From Acidimicrobiia bacterium (GTDB lineage: Bacteria; Actinomycetota; Acidimicrobiia; IMCC26256; JAGNEX01): DNA of 64,000 nt. Under the pieces are notes generated by a model that saw only the letters and a list, made by a program, of their open reading frames with translations, searched no databases and was not told where the DNA came from. Positions 40,379 through 50,711 of this stretch are shown here, piece by piece. Both the position numbers and the translations under genes were made by a program. The stretch spans positions 464,776 through 528,775 of the forward strand of contig JACJWE010000002.1 of NCBI GenBank assembly GCA_020637365.1, in the 5' to 3' direction. Position 1 is the stretch's first letter; each line of letters begins with the position of its first letter.

Positions 40379-42216
40379 ATCGCCCCGGACAGCGGCGCCA
40401 GGGTCACGGCGATGCTGTGTTCTTTGCCGTGTGACGGGATCGGCTCGCTCTCGCGCAGGCCGTTGACCACACCGCTGCCGCCGTACACCGGAGCGTCGGT
40501 GTTCAACACTTCGTGCCAGACGCCGGGCAGCGGCACCCCGAACCGGTAGTCGTAGCGGGGCACCGGTGTTGCATTGAACACGTGCAGGGTCGGCGAGCCG
40601 CCCCCACCGTGGCGCACGAATACGTATGCAGAGTTCTGGGAGTCATCCGCGATGATCCACTCCATCCCGGCCGCGTCATCGGCACCCAATGCCGGCTCGG
40701 ATCGGTACCAGAAGTTCAGGTCGGTGACCAGGCTCAGAAACCCGGAGTGATCGGCGGACGCCAGCAGCCCCCAATCGAGTTCGGACTCGTGATCCCATTC
40801 TCGGTGCGCGCCAAACTCGCCCCCCATGAACAGGAGCTTCTTACCGGGGGTCGCCCATTGGTAGGCCAGCAGCATCCGCAGATTGGCCCGCTTCTGCCAT
40901 TCGTCACCGGGCATCTTGGCCAACAACGAGCCCTTCCCGTGTACGACCTCATCGTGTGACAGGGGCAGGATGAAGTGTTCGCTTTCGGCATAGATCGAGC
41001 GGAATGTCAGGTCGTGGTGGTGGTACCGCCGATAGATCGGATCGTGGGCCAGGTACTCCAGCGTGTCGTGCATCCATCCCAGGTCCCATTTGAGGTCGAA
41101 CCCCAGCCCGCCTTCGGACACCGGTTTCGTCACACCGGGCCATGCCGCGGACTCTTCAGCGCACATGATGGTCCCCGGAAAGCGTTCATGAGCGACCTCG
41201 TTGAGAAGCCGCAAGAATTCGATCGCTCCGAGGTTCTCCCGGCCGCCATATTTGTTGGGTATCCATTCACCATCTGTACGGGAGTAGTCCCGAAACAGCA
41301 TCGACGACACCGCATCAACCCGTAGCCCGTCGGCGTGAAACACGTCGAGCCAGTAGCAGGCGCTCGACAGCAAGAACGCTGCCACTTCGGGGCGGTCATA
41401 GTTAAAGATCAGGCTGCCCCAATCGGGGTGCACCCCGAGACGAGGATCGGCGTGGTCGTACAGATGAGTGCCGTCGAAGTCAGCCAAGAACGACGAGTCA
41501 CCGACAAAATGTGACGGCACCCAATCCAAGATCACGCCGACACCTTGCTGGTGAAAACAGTCGATCAGATACATCAGGTCATCGGGTGAACCATAGCGAG
41601 CGGTCGGCGCGAAATATCCAGAGGTCTGATAGCCCCACGAGCCATAAAACGGGTGCTCCATGATGGGCAGCAGCTCGACATGGCTAAAGCCAGCATCGGC
41701 CACATATCGGGGCAGTTGCTCAGCGATCCCCCGATACCCGTCGGGCTCATAACGCCACGACCCCAAATGGACTTCATAGACCGAAATGGCCTGTTCAAGG
41801 CCTTGGCGTTGCGCGCGCCTCGCCACCCACTCGACATCGGTCCAGGCATATGCACCCGGATGCCAGATAACCGACGCAGTGGCAGGCGGCTCTTCGGCAC
41901 TCAAGGCAAAGGGATCGGACTTCTCAAAGGTTCTGCCGTCTTGCGCGGTGATGCAGTAGCGGTAGACCTCACCCGGATGGGCAGCGGCAATCGTTGCCGT
42001 CCAGACACCGCCTCCGACGTGCTGCATATGACCGTTGCCCGCATCCCAACCATTGAACCCGCCGATCACCGCAACCGAGGCTGCGTTGGGCGCCCACACC
42101 CCAAAGGTCGTGCCCAGCCCATCCGCCGATGGCTGCGCGCCCAGGGCGCGGTACAGCTCAGCATGGGTGCCCTCGGCCAGCAGCCAGCGATCGGTCTCAC
42201 CGAACCGGTGACTCAC
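40357..42216 (-). CDS. glgB: 1,4-alpha-glucan branching enzyme
   Basis: CBM48 VIGGFNGWD...YRY. GH13 core ISVYEVHLGSW, VILDWVPSHF, HADGLRVDAVSSMLF, MCAEESAAWPGV, LSHDEVVHGKGS. Start proposed at GTG 42216, which forms a GTGA overlap with the glgP stop; the ORF track start is 42291. Confidence 0.9.
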
Positions 42217-44774
42217 CGAGGCGACCCGTCGACACCTTCGACGCCACCGAGCGGGTCGACGTGACCGATGTATCCGCCCGATGCAGACCATGCAATCAGC
42301 GGCACTTCGAGCGGCTGACGCAGCGAAGGATGCGATGGAAACGCCCGCGCGCTGTAGTCGGAAACGGGCCGGGCGTCGGGCAGGTCGGCTTCATAGCGAT
42401 ACCCCCCGTCAGCGCCGATCAGACGCTCGGACGCAGTCATCGGGATGACGGTCGCCGCCGCGCCCTCGATGGCGGGTTCGGCAAAGAGCTCGACCCGGAC
42501 GTCGGCGGGGGTGAGCCCGCCCAGGTACACCACCGTCCTGGTACGCAGATCGGATTCAAGGATCGGTGCCGCGAGCCGGACCGACGGCCATTCACGACGG
42601 ACCCTGCCCGTCCACGCGTACAGCTCTCTCGCCACCGCGGCGTCTCCAGCGAGGCGCTCACGGTACGACAGGGCGAGGGGCAAATAGTACGACGACGCGT
42701 ATTCCTGGACAGTCCGTTCACTGGAGTACTGCAAGGTCAGGTCCGCGATGCTGTTGCGCACCATCTGGACCCATGCGACCGGCACCCCGTGGATGTCTCG
42801 CTCATAGAACGTCGGGATGACCTCCTCTTCGAGCACCCTAAACATGCTTTCGGCAGCAACCTTGTCGTCGGCTTCATCGCTGGACTCGTCGCTGTCGATC
42901 ACCCAACCGAGGCCGGGTTGATAAGCCTCAGCCCACCAGCCGTCCGCAACCGACAGGTTCAAACCCCCGTTGACCAGCACTTTCATACCTGAGGTGCCAC
43001 TCGCTTCCCAGGGGCGGCGCGGGTTGTTGAGCCACAGGTCAACCCCTCGCACCAGGTGGCGGCTCATCGACATGTCGTAATCGGCGAGGAAGATCACCGA
43101 TCGTTCGACCTCGACACGACGAGAGAACTGCACCCATTCGCGCACCATCTCTTGTCCCGCATGGTCTCGGGGGTGCGCCTTACCGGCGACGACAATCTGA
43201 ACGGGCCGGTCGATATCGGTGAGCATCGCCACGACCCGTTCGGGATCGGAGAGCATGAGATTCGGGCGCTTATAGGTGGCAAACCGCCGGGCGAATCCGA
43301 TGGTCAGGGCGTTCGGGTCGAACAGGCGATGACCCGCTTGTTCACTCTCTCGAAGGCCCATGTCGCCCAGGCGCATCGACGCCCGCTCGCGCACATAGTC
43401 GACCAGTCGGCGGCGCGCCTTCGTGCGCATCTCCCACAGTTGGCCGTCGCTCAACGACTCCAAACGGTCGACGAGTGCGTGCACCCGCGAACCTCGCGAC
43501 GTCAGATCGTGGGTGACCTCTTCGACTTCAGGACTCTTCCATGTGGGGACATGAATCCCGTTGGTGACATGCCCGATCGGCACTTCGGCGACCGGCCAAC
43601 GTGGAAACAGCGGGCTGAACAGCTTGCGGCTGACCTCGCCATGCAGTTCGCTGACGCCGTTTACCGCCCCCGAACCGCGTAACGCCAGATAGGCCATGTT
43701 GACGTGATCGTGGTCGCCGTTCTGGCCCATCCTGATGACATCGTCGATGTCAACACCGACCTCATCGGACAAGTACTGGCCGAGGTAGCGGGCGACAAGC
43801 CATCGGGGGAACGAATCGAAAGCCGCGGATACCGGCGTGTGGGTCGTAAACAGGGTGCCGGCCCGGGTGATCTCCATCGCTTCCCAAAACGACAGGTCGG
43901 TTCGTCTTGCCAGAGTTACTGCACGCTCGATCACTGCAAACGCGGCGTGCCCCTCGTTCAGGTGAAACACGTCGGGTTCGATGCCGAGCGCATCGAGCAG
44001 GCGAACGCCGCCGATGCCCAGGACGATCTCTTGTGACAGCCGGAGTTCATCATCGCCTCCGTACAGCTCAGATGTCGTACCACGAACGTCCGGACGGTTC
44101 CACGGCGTATTGACGTCCAGCAGGTACAGACGATTACGCCCGACGGCGACCTCCCACACTTTGGCGGCGACGGGCGACCCAGCGAAGGGGATCGACACCC
44201 GCAGCCACCGGCCTTGGGCATCGCGGGTGGGCGAAATCGGCAGTTGCGACGGGTCGTTATAAGGGTGAGCTTCACGCTGTTTGCCGTCGTCATCGATGAG
44301 CTGGCGGGGGTAGCCCTGCTGGTAGAGCAGCCCGATGCCGATGACCGGCACGCCCAGGTCGCTTGCGGCTTTGAGCTGATCACCGGCGACGTTGCCGAGC
44401 CCGCCCGAATAGATCGGCAGCGATTCGGCCAGCATGAACTCCATCGAGAAATAGGCGCAGACCGGAGGCGGCGTCAGCTTGTTCTCGCGATCGAACCAGG
44501 ATGCGCCGTCAAGCCGTTTGACGTGCCGGGCCATCTCGATATCGAAGATCGACATGAAGCCATCGTCGGCGGCGAGTTCGCAGAGTCTCAGGTCAGAAGC
44601 GGATTGCAGCACCAGCCAGCGGTTCTCGGTGCGCGCCCAGAGCTCGGGGTCAAGGGCCTGCCACATGGCGACCGAGGCCCCCTTAGCGGGATAGCGCAGG
44701 TCGAGCGCCAGCTCGCGCAGACTCCGCCGGAGATCGTCGATATCGGTTTGGCGACCGCCCGAGGCGATGTTCAT
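42213..44774 (-). CDS. glgP: Alpha-glucan (glycogen/maltodextrin) phosphorylase, GT35
   Basis: 853 aa. Contains YSGGLGNVAGDQLKAASDLGVPVIGIGLLYQQGY and the PLP-lysine region EASGTSGMKVLVNGGLNLSVADGWWAE. AAGGGGAG lies upstream of ATG 44774. Confidence 0.9.
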   Translation of the reverse strand: MNIASGGRQTDIDDLRRSLRELALDLRYPAKGASVAMWQALDPELWARTENRWLVLQSASDLRLCELAADDGFMSIFDIEMARHVKRLDGASWFDRENKLTPPPVCAYFSMEFMLAESLPIYSGGLGNVAGDQLKAASDLGVPVIGIGLLYQQGYPRQLIDDDGKQREAHPYNDPSQLPISPTRDAQGRWLRVSIPFAGSPVAAKVWEVAVGRNRLYLLDVNTPWNRPDVRGTTSELYGGDDELRLSQEIVLGIGGVRLLDALGIEPDVFHLNEGHAAFAVIERAVTLARRTDLSFWEAMEITRAGTLFTTHTPVSAAFDSFPRWLVARYLGQYLSDEVGVDIDDVIRMGQNGDHDHVNMAYLALRGSGAVNGVSELHGEVSRKLFSPLFPRWPVAEVPIGHVTNGIHVPTWKSPEVEEVTHDLTSRGSRVHALVDRLESLSDGQLWEMRTKARRRLVDYVRERASMRLGDMGLRESEQAGHRLFDPNALTIGFARRFATYKRPNLMLSDPERVVAMLTDIDRPVQIVVAGKAHPRDHAGQEMVREWVQFSRRVEVERSVIFLADYDMSMSRHLVRGVDLWLNNPRRPWEASGTSGMKVLVNGGLNLSVADGWWAEAYQPGLGWVIDSDESSDEADDKVAAESMFRVLEEEVIPTFYERDIHGVPVAWVQMVRNSIADLTLQYSSERTVQEYASSYYLPLALSYRERLAGDAAVARELYAWTGRVRREWPSVRLAAPILESDLRTRTVVYLGGLTPADVRVELFAEPAIEGAAATVIPMTASERLIGADGGYRYEADLPDARPVSDYSARAFPSHPSLRQPLEVPLIAWSASGGYIGHVDPLGGVEGVDGSPR

Positions 44775-44787
44775 GTGTGGCTCCCCT

Positions 44788-47469
44788 TTAGAGGGTCGAG
44801 AAATCGTGTGGATGGCGGGAGATGACGGCAGTGCCGGGAAAGAGCGTTGAGGCGACGTTTGCAGCTTCGGTCAAGGAGTCGCTCAGAGGGCTCGCCGGAG
44901 CGATGCTGGGCGGCACGAGCAGACCGTCGACGTGATAGGCGGCGTATCGATGCAGTGCACCCGAAACGATGAGTGATTGCATCGTGAGTTCATCGACGAC
45001 GGGCAGTAGGCCAGCGAGCTCGTCCGCCGGGTACCAGATGAGTACGGCGATGCCTGACCGGTGAGCGCAATCGATCAGGTACATCACCTGCTGCGGCGTC
45101 CAGCGTTCACCGGCGATGGTGAACAGGCTCTGTCCCTCTTCTGGGCTGGGCGGCACCAGCGCCAGGGTGGTCACGCCATCGGCCCGGGCGTCGCAGACAA
45201 TGTCGCGCGCTGTGAACTCTGCGTTCGCGGGATCGTCGAGCCCGGCCAGATAGACGGATCGGCCGTGCTGGTCAACGCCGAGATCGGTTCGGCCAGAATC
45301 GATCCACTCGCTATCCCGCCATTCGAAATGCAGGGGCCACACCACCGACGCGCCGTCGCTTCGGGCTTGCCGCCACGAGCAGCACGGGTCGGCAACGAGC
45401 CGTTCGGTGCCGCCGCCGCGCACGACGTACTTATAGAACTGGCCAGCACGAGCGCCGGACACGAAAGCCGTCCACACGTCGGTGCCGGGCAGGCGATGCA
45501 GCGGCGCGGCCACCGGGTTCCAGCCGTTGAAGTCACCGACGACGGTGATCTCGTCGACGCCCGGACACACGGTGGTGAATTGGGCGCCGCGACGGTTGAG
45601 GTGTTCGGTCGGTTTCGCCCCGAAGATCGCGCCGAGGCGTCGATGCGTCCCTTCGGCAAGCAGGTGCTGGTCAATCGCCCCGAACCATCCGGGGTTGGGG
45701 TGGCTGTTGCGGTCTTGGGCAGCTCGGCGGCACCGTTCCACAAAGTGCAACAAACCCAGAATGTGCTCGTCGCTGGTGATGTCTTCGACCGATGCGTTCG
45801 CCGGTCGGGTCCAGTTCTGTTCGCTGATCGTGCCGGGCGTGTTGATCGGCTCGACATCACCGGTCAGCTCTTCGAGCGACACCAGCACCAACGCGGCATC
45901 CGAGACTGCAAGCCGTTCAAGTTCGGTCCGCAACACCATCTCGGGCAGCGGCTCACCGTCGGCTGCCGTTTCGGCTGCATTGAGTGGGACGGACGCAGCG
46001 GAGGCGTCGACATCGGGAATGGCGGCATCGAGGTGACGTGTAGGCGGGGACGCGTCGGAGGGTCGGAGTCCGCTGGCCGCCCGGAGCCGGCGGCGGAGCT
46101 CGGCGTCTCGTTCGCGATGCGCTGCTGACTGGGCGCCGTGGCCCTGCCACCAGCCCCCGAACGTGGCCAGGTCGTGAGTGCCGAGACTGGCGACCGACTC
46201 GGGTTTGGGGTCGACGAACGGCGCAAAGCGGCCGACGTGCATGGGGTGGATGCGGTAGCGCTCCATGAGGGAGTCGAAATCTGACGGAGCGGTGCCGAGG
46301 TTCTCGCCTATGAGCGATGCGTGGTTGCGCCAGGCGGCAAGCTCCAACATGGCGAGGATCTCGTCGCGAGGCCAGCGCACATACACCCCGTCAGACGCAT
46401 CGCCAAAGGTCCAGAACTGCCGTTCGATGCCGAAGAAGTGGTCGATGCGCAGCAGGTGGGCGTGGGCGAGTTGATGGTCGAGGCATTGGCGTAACAGTTG
46501 GTGCTGATCGCCTCGGGCCTTGAACGGATTCATCGGGGGGATGCCCCACGATTGTCCGTTTGGGTTGAAGTCGTCGGGGGGCGCTCCGAGCGAGGCATCG
46601 AACGCGAACTGGTCTCGATATTCCCAGCAGTCAAACCCGTCGGGGTGCGACCCGATCGGAAGGTCGAGCAGCAGGCATTGGCTCGCTTCGCCGAGCCGAG
46701 ACGAGAAGCTGGCCATACCGTGTTCGGCTTGAAACTGCGCCAAGACGATGGCGTCCAATTCGGTGTCACCGCCGCTATCGCGGACGCCGCCCATGTCGCC
46801 GCCGCTGCTGAACCAGTAGCGGGCGCGCCCTTCGGCGGTGTCACCCGCTTGAAGGATCTCGGGCGGCCACTTGGACCACTCCGTACCGAACTGACGCTGC
46901 GCCATCACGAACCACGCCAGCCGCTCGATCGACGGATTCGCCGCGCGCCAGCTGGCCAGGTTGCGTCGCTGGCGAGCGGTCAGGGGGCCAGCGGACAGGT
47001 CGCTGCGCCACCAACGTCGGGTCGACGGTCGGTAGGGGCTGGTTTCGCCGGGCAGTTCGAGGTTGACGGGCAGCAGCGCCATGACGTCGCCGCCGCCGTG
47101 ATGCAGCCAGCGCGCCATCGTCGCCAACAGATCGAGGTTGGCCCGCTCACCATCGCTCGACCACAGCGAGTCGAGTGACATGACCGCGCCCCAGGGACGA
47201 TGCGGCCCCAGCAGCGGAGCGTTCGGGTTCCGTCTGGGTGCAGCGACCACGGTCACGCCCAGGTCGTTGGGCTCGCCGGTTGTGGGCTGGCCGTCGGCGT
47301 CCAGCCGATGGATGCCGAAGGGCAGCGGGTCGCGCCCACCCGACCGCTCGGCCCGCGCATTTGACCGTCTTCGAGACGGATCTGCCAGTCGGCCCGGTCG
47401 AACAGTCCGTCGGGGATGCGCCCGCCCCACGCGATGACCGGTTCGGGTCCCCGCAGTTGATCGACCCAC
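44788..47469 (-). CDS. malQ: 4-alpha-glucanotransferase (GH77) fused to a CBM48 + catalytically decayed, truncated GlgB-like GH13 module
   Basis: GH77 motifs: SPYRPSTRRWW, LLRIDHFFGIERQFW, LIGENLGTAP, LGTHDLATFGGWW. The C-terminal ~300 aa align by eye to the adjacent GlgB (LLAEGTH..., VVGDFNGWN, YKYVV, VMYLIDCAHRSGIAVLIW, YHVDGLLVPPS). The nucleophile context RVDAV is replaced by LVPPS, and the Glu/HDE regions are absent. Confidence 0.85.
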   Translation of the reverse strand: MGRSTAGTRTGHRVGRAHPRRTVRPGRLADPSRRRSNARAERSGGRDPLPFGIHRLDADGQPTTGEPNDLGVTVVAAPRRNPNAPLLGPHRPWGAVMSLDSLWSSDGERANLDLLATMARWLHHGGGDVMALLPVNLELPGETSPYRPSTRRWWRSDLSAGPLTARQRRNLASWRAANPSIERLAWFVMAQRQFGTEWSKWPPEILQAGDTAEGRARYWFSSGGDMGGVRDSGGDTELDAIVLAQFQAEHGMASFSSRLGEASQCLLLDLPIGSHPDGFDCWEYRDQFAFDASLGAPPDDFNPNGQSWGIPPMNPFKARGDQHQLLRQCLDHQLAHAHLLRIDHFFGIERQFWTFGDASDGVYVRWPRDEILAMLELAAWRNHASLIGENLGTAPSDFDSLMERYRIHPMHVGRFAPFVDPKPESVASLGTHDLATFGGWWQGHGAQSAAHRERDAELRRRLRAASGLRPSDASPPTRHLDAAIPDVDASAASVPLNAAETAADGEPLPEMVLRTELERLAVSDAALVLVSLEELTGDVEPINTPGTISEQNWTRPANASVEDITSDEHILGLLHFVERCRRAAQDRNSHPNPGWFGAIDQHLLAEGTHRRLGAIFGAKPTEHLNRRGAQFTTVCPGVDEITVVGDFNGWNPVAAPLHRLPGTDVWTAFVSGARAGQFYKYVVRGGGTERLVADPCCSWRQARSDGASVVWPLHFEWRDSEWIDSGRTDLGVDQHGRSVYLAGLDDPANAEFTARDIVCDARADGVTTLALVPPSPEEGQSLFTIAGERWTPQQVMYLIDCAHRSGIAVLIWYPADELAGLLPVVDELTMQSLIVSGALHRYAAYHVDGLLVPPSIAPASPLSDSLTEAANVASTLFPGTAVISRHPHDFSTL

Positions 47470-47723
47470 TCCAACGCGCCAGCCGCGTCATCGGGACGTG
47501 TGATGTCGACCCCGAGCGCCTGGACCGCTCGCAGTCGAGTGTCGACACTTGACACGGTCGGCTTTCCGCACCCGTCGACGTACTCCCAGATCAAGCCGAG
47601 TCGTTCGCAGAGCTGGTCGAACGCGGCAGGCGGATCACCGACGGAACCGTCTAAGCCAGAAGCTCCGTCTGCGTGTGGGCCAGCGGGTTGATCGTGCCCG
47701 GTGTGTTGATCGGAACCGCTCAT
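47253..47723 (-). CDS. malQ: MalQ N-terminal domain fragment in a different frame (most likely the true 5' end of the malQ fusion; frame shift near 47345-47370)
   Basis: AAFDQLCERLGLIWEYVDGCGKPTVSSVDTRLRAVQALGVDIT... resembles the N-terminal extension of actinobacterial MalQ. Its ATG (47723) overlaps the glgA stop as ATGA. The reading frame of the 893-aa ORF picks up at ...ERSGGRDPLPFGIHRL. Confidence 0.6.
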   Translation of the reverse strand: MSGSDQHTGHDQPAGPHADGASGLDGSVGDPPAAFDQLCERLGLIWEYVDGCGKPTVSSVDTRLRAVQALGVDITRPDDAAGALEWVDQLRGPEPVIAWGGRIPDGLFDRADWQIRLEDGQMRGPSGRVGATRCPSASIGWTPTASPQPASPTTWA

Positions 47724-49105
47724 AGGTCGTCCAGAACTTCACGGTAAAGCTCGCGGTAGCGTCGCCCCGGCCCCGCCCAGGTCCAGTCGGTCAACATGCC
47801 TCGGCGCTGGACGGCCTCTCGCCGCCATCGATTGCGCCAGCCCCGCACGGCCCTGTGGAGTGAATCCAGCACCGAAGTGACCGACGCCTGTCCCGACACG
47901 AATCCGGTGCCCCGGGTGGGGTCGGCGTCGGTGTCGATGACGGTGTCTGCCAGGCCGCCAACCCCGGTCACGACCGGGATGGTGCCGCACGTCATGGCCT
48001 GCATCTGGGTGAGGCCGCACGGTTCGAACTTGCTGGGTATCAGCAGCAGGTCGGATCCGGCGACAACCAGGTGGGCGTACTGCTCATCGAAGCCGGGCAG
48101 GTAGGACATATGGGAGCGGCGGGCGCGCCCCTCGTGCCAGATGCGGCTGACCAGTTCGACCTCACCGGTGCCGTGCATCACGAGCGATGCGGGGATGCCT
48201 TCGAGGTAGCCGACCAGGTCAGCGACCAGGTCGATGCCTTTCTGGTCGGCGAAGCGGGTGACCATGCCGATGATCGGGCCGGGGGCGTCACCCAGGCCGG
48301 TTGCTCGGCGGAGTTCTTTGTTACAGACCTGTTTGCCCGCCAGGTCGCGCGCCGAGAAGTTAGCGGGCAGCAGCACATCGCTTTCGGGGTTCCACCGTTT
48401 GGGGTCGATCCCGTTGCGCACGCCAAAGAAGTCGCTGCCGCGTGCGGCGAGTTCGTCTTGTAGGCCACAGCCGAACGTCGGGCTGCACGCCTCGATCGCG
48501 TAGCGGGGGCTGACGGTCGACACTTTGGCGCTCAGGCGGATGGCGGCCGCCATGGGATTGCACGATCCGAGATGCTCGAAGTAGGGCGCCTTGTCGCCGA
48601 ACGCGGGCAGCCAGCCGATATCGGCGGCGCCTTGGTGTGCGAGGTTGTGAATCGTGAAGATCGTACGCTCGTTGGGGAAGTCGGCAACGGCAGTGGCGGT
48701 GTGCCAGTCGTTGATGTGGAGGACGTCGACGTTCAGCTGGCGGGCGACCTTGGCGACGGCGATGCCGAACGCAAAGAAGCGCCGGTCGTTGTCGAACCAC
48801 GATTCACCGGTGGCAGGGTCGTAATAGGGGTGTGGGCGTTCGATGTTGTGGACACCGACGGCGTGCACGGTCCCCAGCCCGGGCACCCGTCCACTACGGA
48901 CGCTGGCCTGAGACGACGCCCATGCGGGCAACTGCACCGACCAATGTTGGTTGGCTGCGAGGGAAATCGGATAGTCAGGCACGGCGATGTGTACGTCGAC
49001 GCCCAGTTGGCTGAGGCACGCGGCGAGTCCGGCGACGGTCTCACCCAGACCGCCAATCTTGACGAAGGGATCTAGCTCGGCTGTGGCGAGGAGAACGCGA
49101 GTCAT
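47720..49105 (-). CDS. glgA: Glycogen synthase (GT5, ADP-glucose type)
   Basis: MTRVLLATAELDPFVKIGGLGETVAGL... and C-terminal IPSKFEPCGLTQMQAMTCGTIPVVTGVGGLADTV. Start set at ATG 49105. Confidence 0.9.
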   Translation of the reverse strand: MTRVLLATAELDPFVKIGGLGETVAGLAACLSQLGVDVHIAVPDYPISLAANQHWSVQLPAWASSQASVRSGRVPGLGTVHAVGVHNIERPHPYYDPATGESWFDNDRRFFAFGIAVAKVARQLNVDVLHINDWHTATAVADFPNERTIFTIHNLAHQGAADIGWLPAFGDKAPYFEHLGSCNPMAAAIRLSAKVSTVSPRYAIEACSPTFGCGLQDELAARGSDFFGVRNGIDPKRWNPESDVLLPANFSARDLAGKQVCNKELRRATGLGDAPGPIIGMVTRFADQKGIDLVADLVGYLEGIPASLVMHGTGEVELVSRIWHEGRARRSHMSYLPGFDEQYAHLVVAGSDLLLIPSKFEPCGLTQMQAMTCGTIPVVTGVGGLADTVIDTDADPTRGTGFVSGQASVTSVLDSLHRAVRGWRNRWRREAVQRRGMLTDWTWAGPGRRYRELYREVLDDL

Positions 49106-49395
49106 GCTCGTACCCGCAATCAGTCGGTTCGACTGGGTAGCACTGGTGACTCCTTGAAGCAGAAGGTGGCAGGGCAAACGCTGTGACAGAGATCGGGGCC
49201 GGGCACGCTCCCGATGTCTGCCTAACAGACTCCACCCCCCGTCCACCATGCAGGCCGCCACGATTCAACCAGAGTTCACAAACGCGCCTGCCTGGGCTGA
49301 CCTATCGGCCACAGGCCGAGGGCTTCTGAACATGTTGTTGCCTCACCACCTTGAACGGCCGGAACTTCGAAGGGCGTTCGTGGCGTCGAAGTGAC

Positions 49396-50706
49396 ATGCG
49401 CCACACACACCGGATCCTGATGATCTGCCTGCTGCTGGCCGCTTCCGCGATGTCGTGTTCAGATTCCGAGCCGGGGGCAGCTGCTTCGCCAGACATCTCG
49501 AAGTCCCCAACGACCGAGGTAGAATCGCCCCCAAACTTGGCCGAGACCTCCACAACTGTTCAGCTTCAGGACGGCGCACTTTGTGACGGGAGCGATCTCG
49601 ACTTGAGCAGCGCGCAGTTCGCGTTTGTCGGGACAGTCACGCGAGTTCAGCCAGGCCCGACTCGGTCGGTTCGGTGGGTCACGTTCGCCGTCGAGGGTTG
49701 GTACACCAACGATTGGGGCGCGCATATCAAGATCTACATGCCGGGGTTCGATGTCGCGCCAGGTGACCGGCTGGCCGTCGCCGGGGACGCGACACAAGCA
49801 TCGATCTATGGCGTCACCGGGCCGTCGGGCATCGCTGAGGCCTGTGTGGCAGTCGACAGCCCGCCCGGCGATCAACTCGTCGCTTGGGAAGCGCAGTTCG
49901 GGGACCTGATCGAGCCTGGCCGGGACATCCCCGTCGGCGAACCAGACCCGCAAGCTCTTGCGGCCATCGATGCAGCCGAACAAGCGTGGCAAGCGGCGGA
50001 ACCACGATCGTATTCCTACCTGCTTTCGAGGTGGGACCGTGCGGGCACACCCTGCTACTACAGCACCCAGCGAGTAATCGTCATCGACGACGAATTGGCC
50101 GACGTGTCGCCTCTCTCCGACAAGGCGTTCCCGTGTTCCATTTCCGATCTGGGGGATCCGTTAGCCGATGCCTTCAATCGGGCTCGCCAACTTGCTGGCG
50201 CCGAGTACTTCTCCGTAGACAGCGACCTCCAGAACGGGCTGATCTTCACGTTCAGCGCCTCGGACCGCACCGCGGACGCGAGTGCATCAATTCGGGGCTT
50301 CTCTGAATCGACCGACCCCACCATCATCGGATGGGACGCAGTCTCTGACGCGACCGCTGCAGCCAGACGCCGATGGGCGCAGACTCCGACCACCCGCACG
50401 AACAGAATTCAAACTGGGGTCGGCGAGGGAGACTCTCACGACCTGCGCACCGTCGAGACGGACGGCGTCGTCGCCGAGGTGACCGACCGTGGCGAGCCCG
50501 TCGACCCGGCCGATCTGCAGCAGCCGTGGGCCCCATACACCGTTGAGGGCGTCTTCGACCTGATCGACTACTACGCAGACCAGGGCCAGGTCGCCGCTGT
50601 TTTCGACGAAGACACCGGCGTCCCCTTGGCGCTCCACTTCGACCCAATAATCAACGGCATCGACGACGAGTTGACCGTCAACGTCCAAGTCGACTGGGAA
50701 GGCTGA
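49396..50706 (+). CDS. Secreted (lipo)protein, unknown function
   Basis: MRHTHRILMICLLLAASAMSC|SDSEP is a lipobox-like signal. 436 aa with no motif I can name. Confidence 0.55.
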   Translation: MRHTHRILMICLLLAASAMSCSDSEPGAAASPDISKSPTTEVESPPNLAETSTTVQLQDGALCDGSDLDLSSAQFAFVGTVTRVQPGPTRSVRWVTFAVEGWYTNDWGAHIKIYMPGFDVAPGDRLAVAGDATQASIYGVTGPSGIAEACVAVDSPPGDQLVAWEAQFGDLIEPGRDIPVGEPDPQALAAIDAAEQAWQAAEPRSYSYLLSRWDRAGTPCYYSTQRVIVIDDELADVSPLSDKAFPCSISDLGDPLADAFNRARQLAGAEYFSVDSDLQNGLIFTFSASDRTADASASIRGFSESTDPTIIGWDAVSDATAAARRRWAQTPTTRTNRIQTGVGEGDSHDLRTVETDGVVAEVTDRGEPVDPADLQQPWAPYTVEGVFDLIDYYADQGQVAAVFDEDTGVPLALHFDPIINGIDDELTVNVQVDWEG

Positions 50707-50711
50707 CCGTC

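Noticed and set aside
45061-47178. Several 180-355-aa plus-strand ORFs (45061-46128, 45482-46036, 46498-47178)
   Set aside because: All are antisense to the malQ fusion gene. No motifs, and Arg/Gly-rich.
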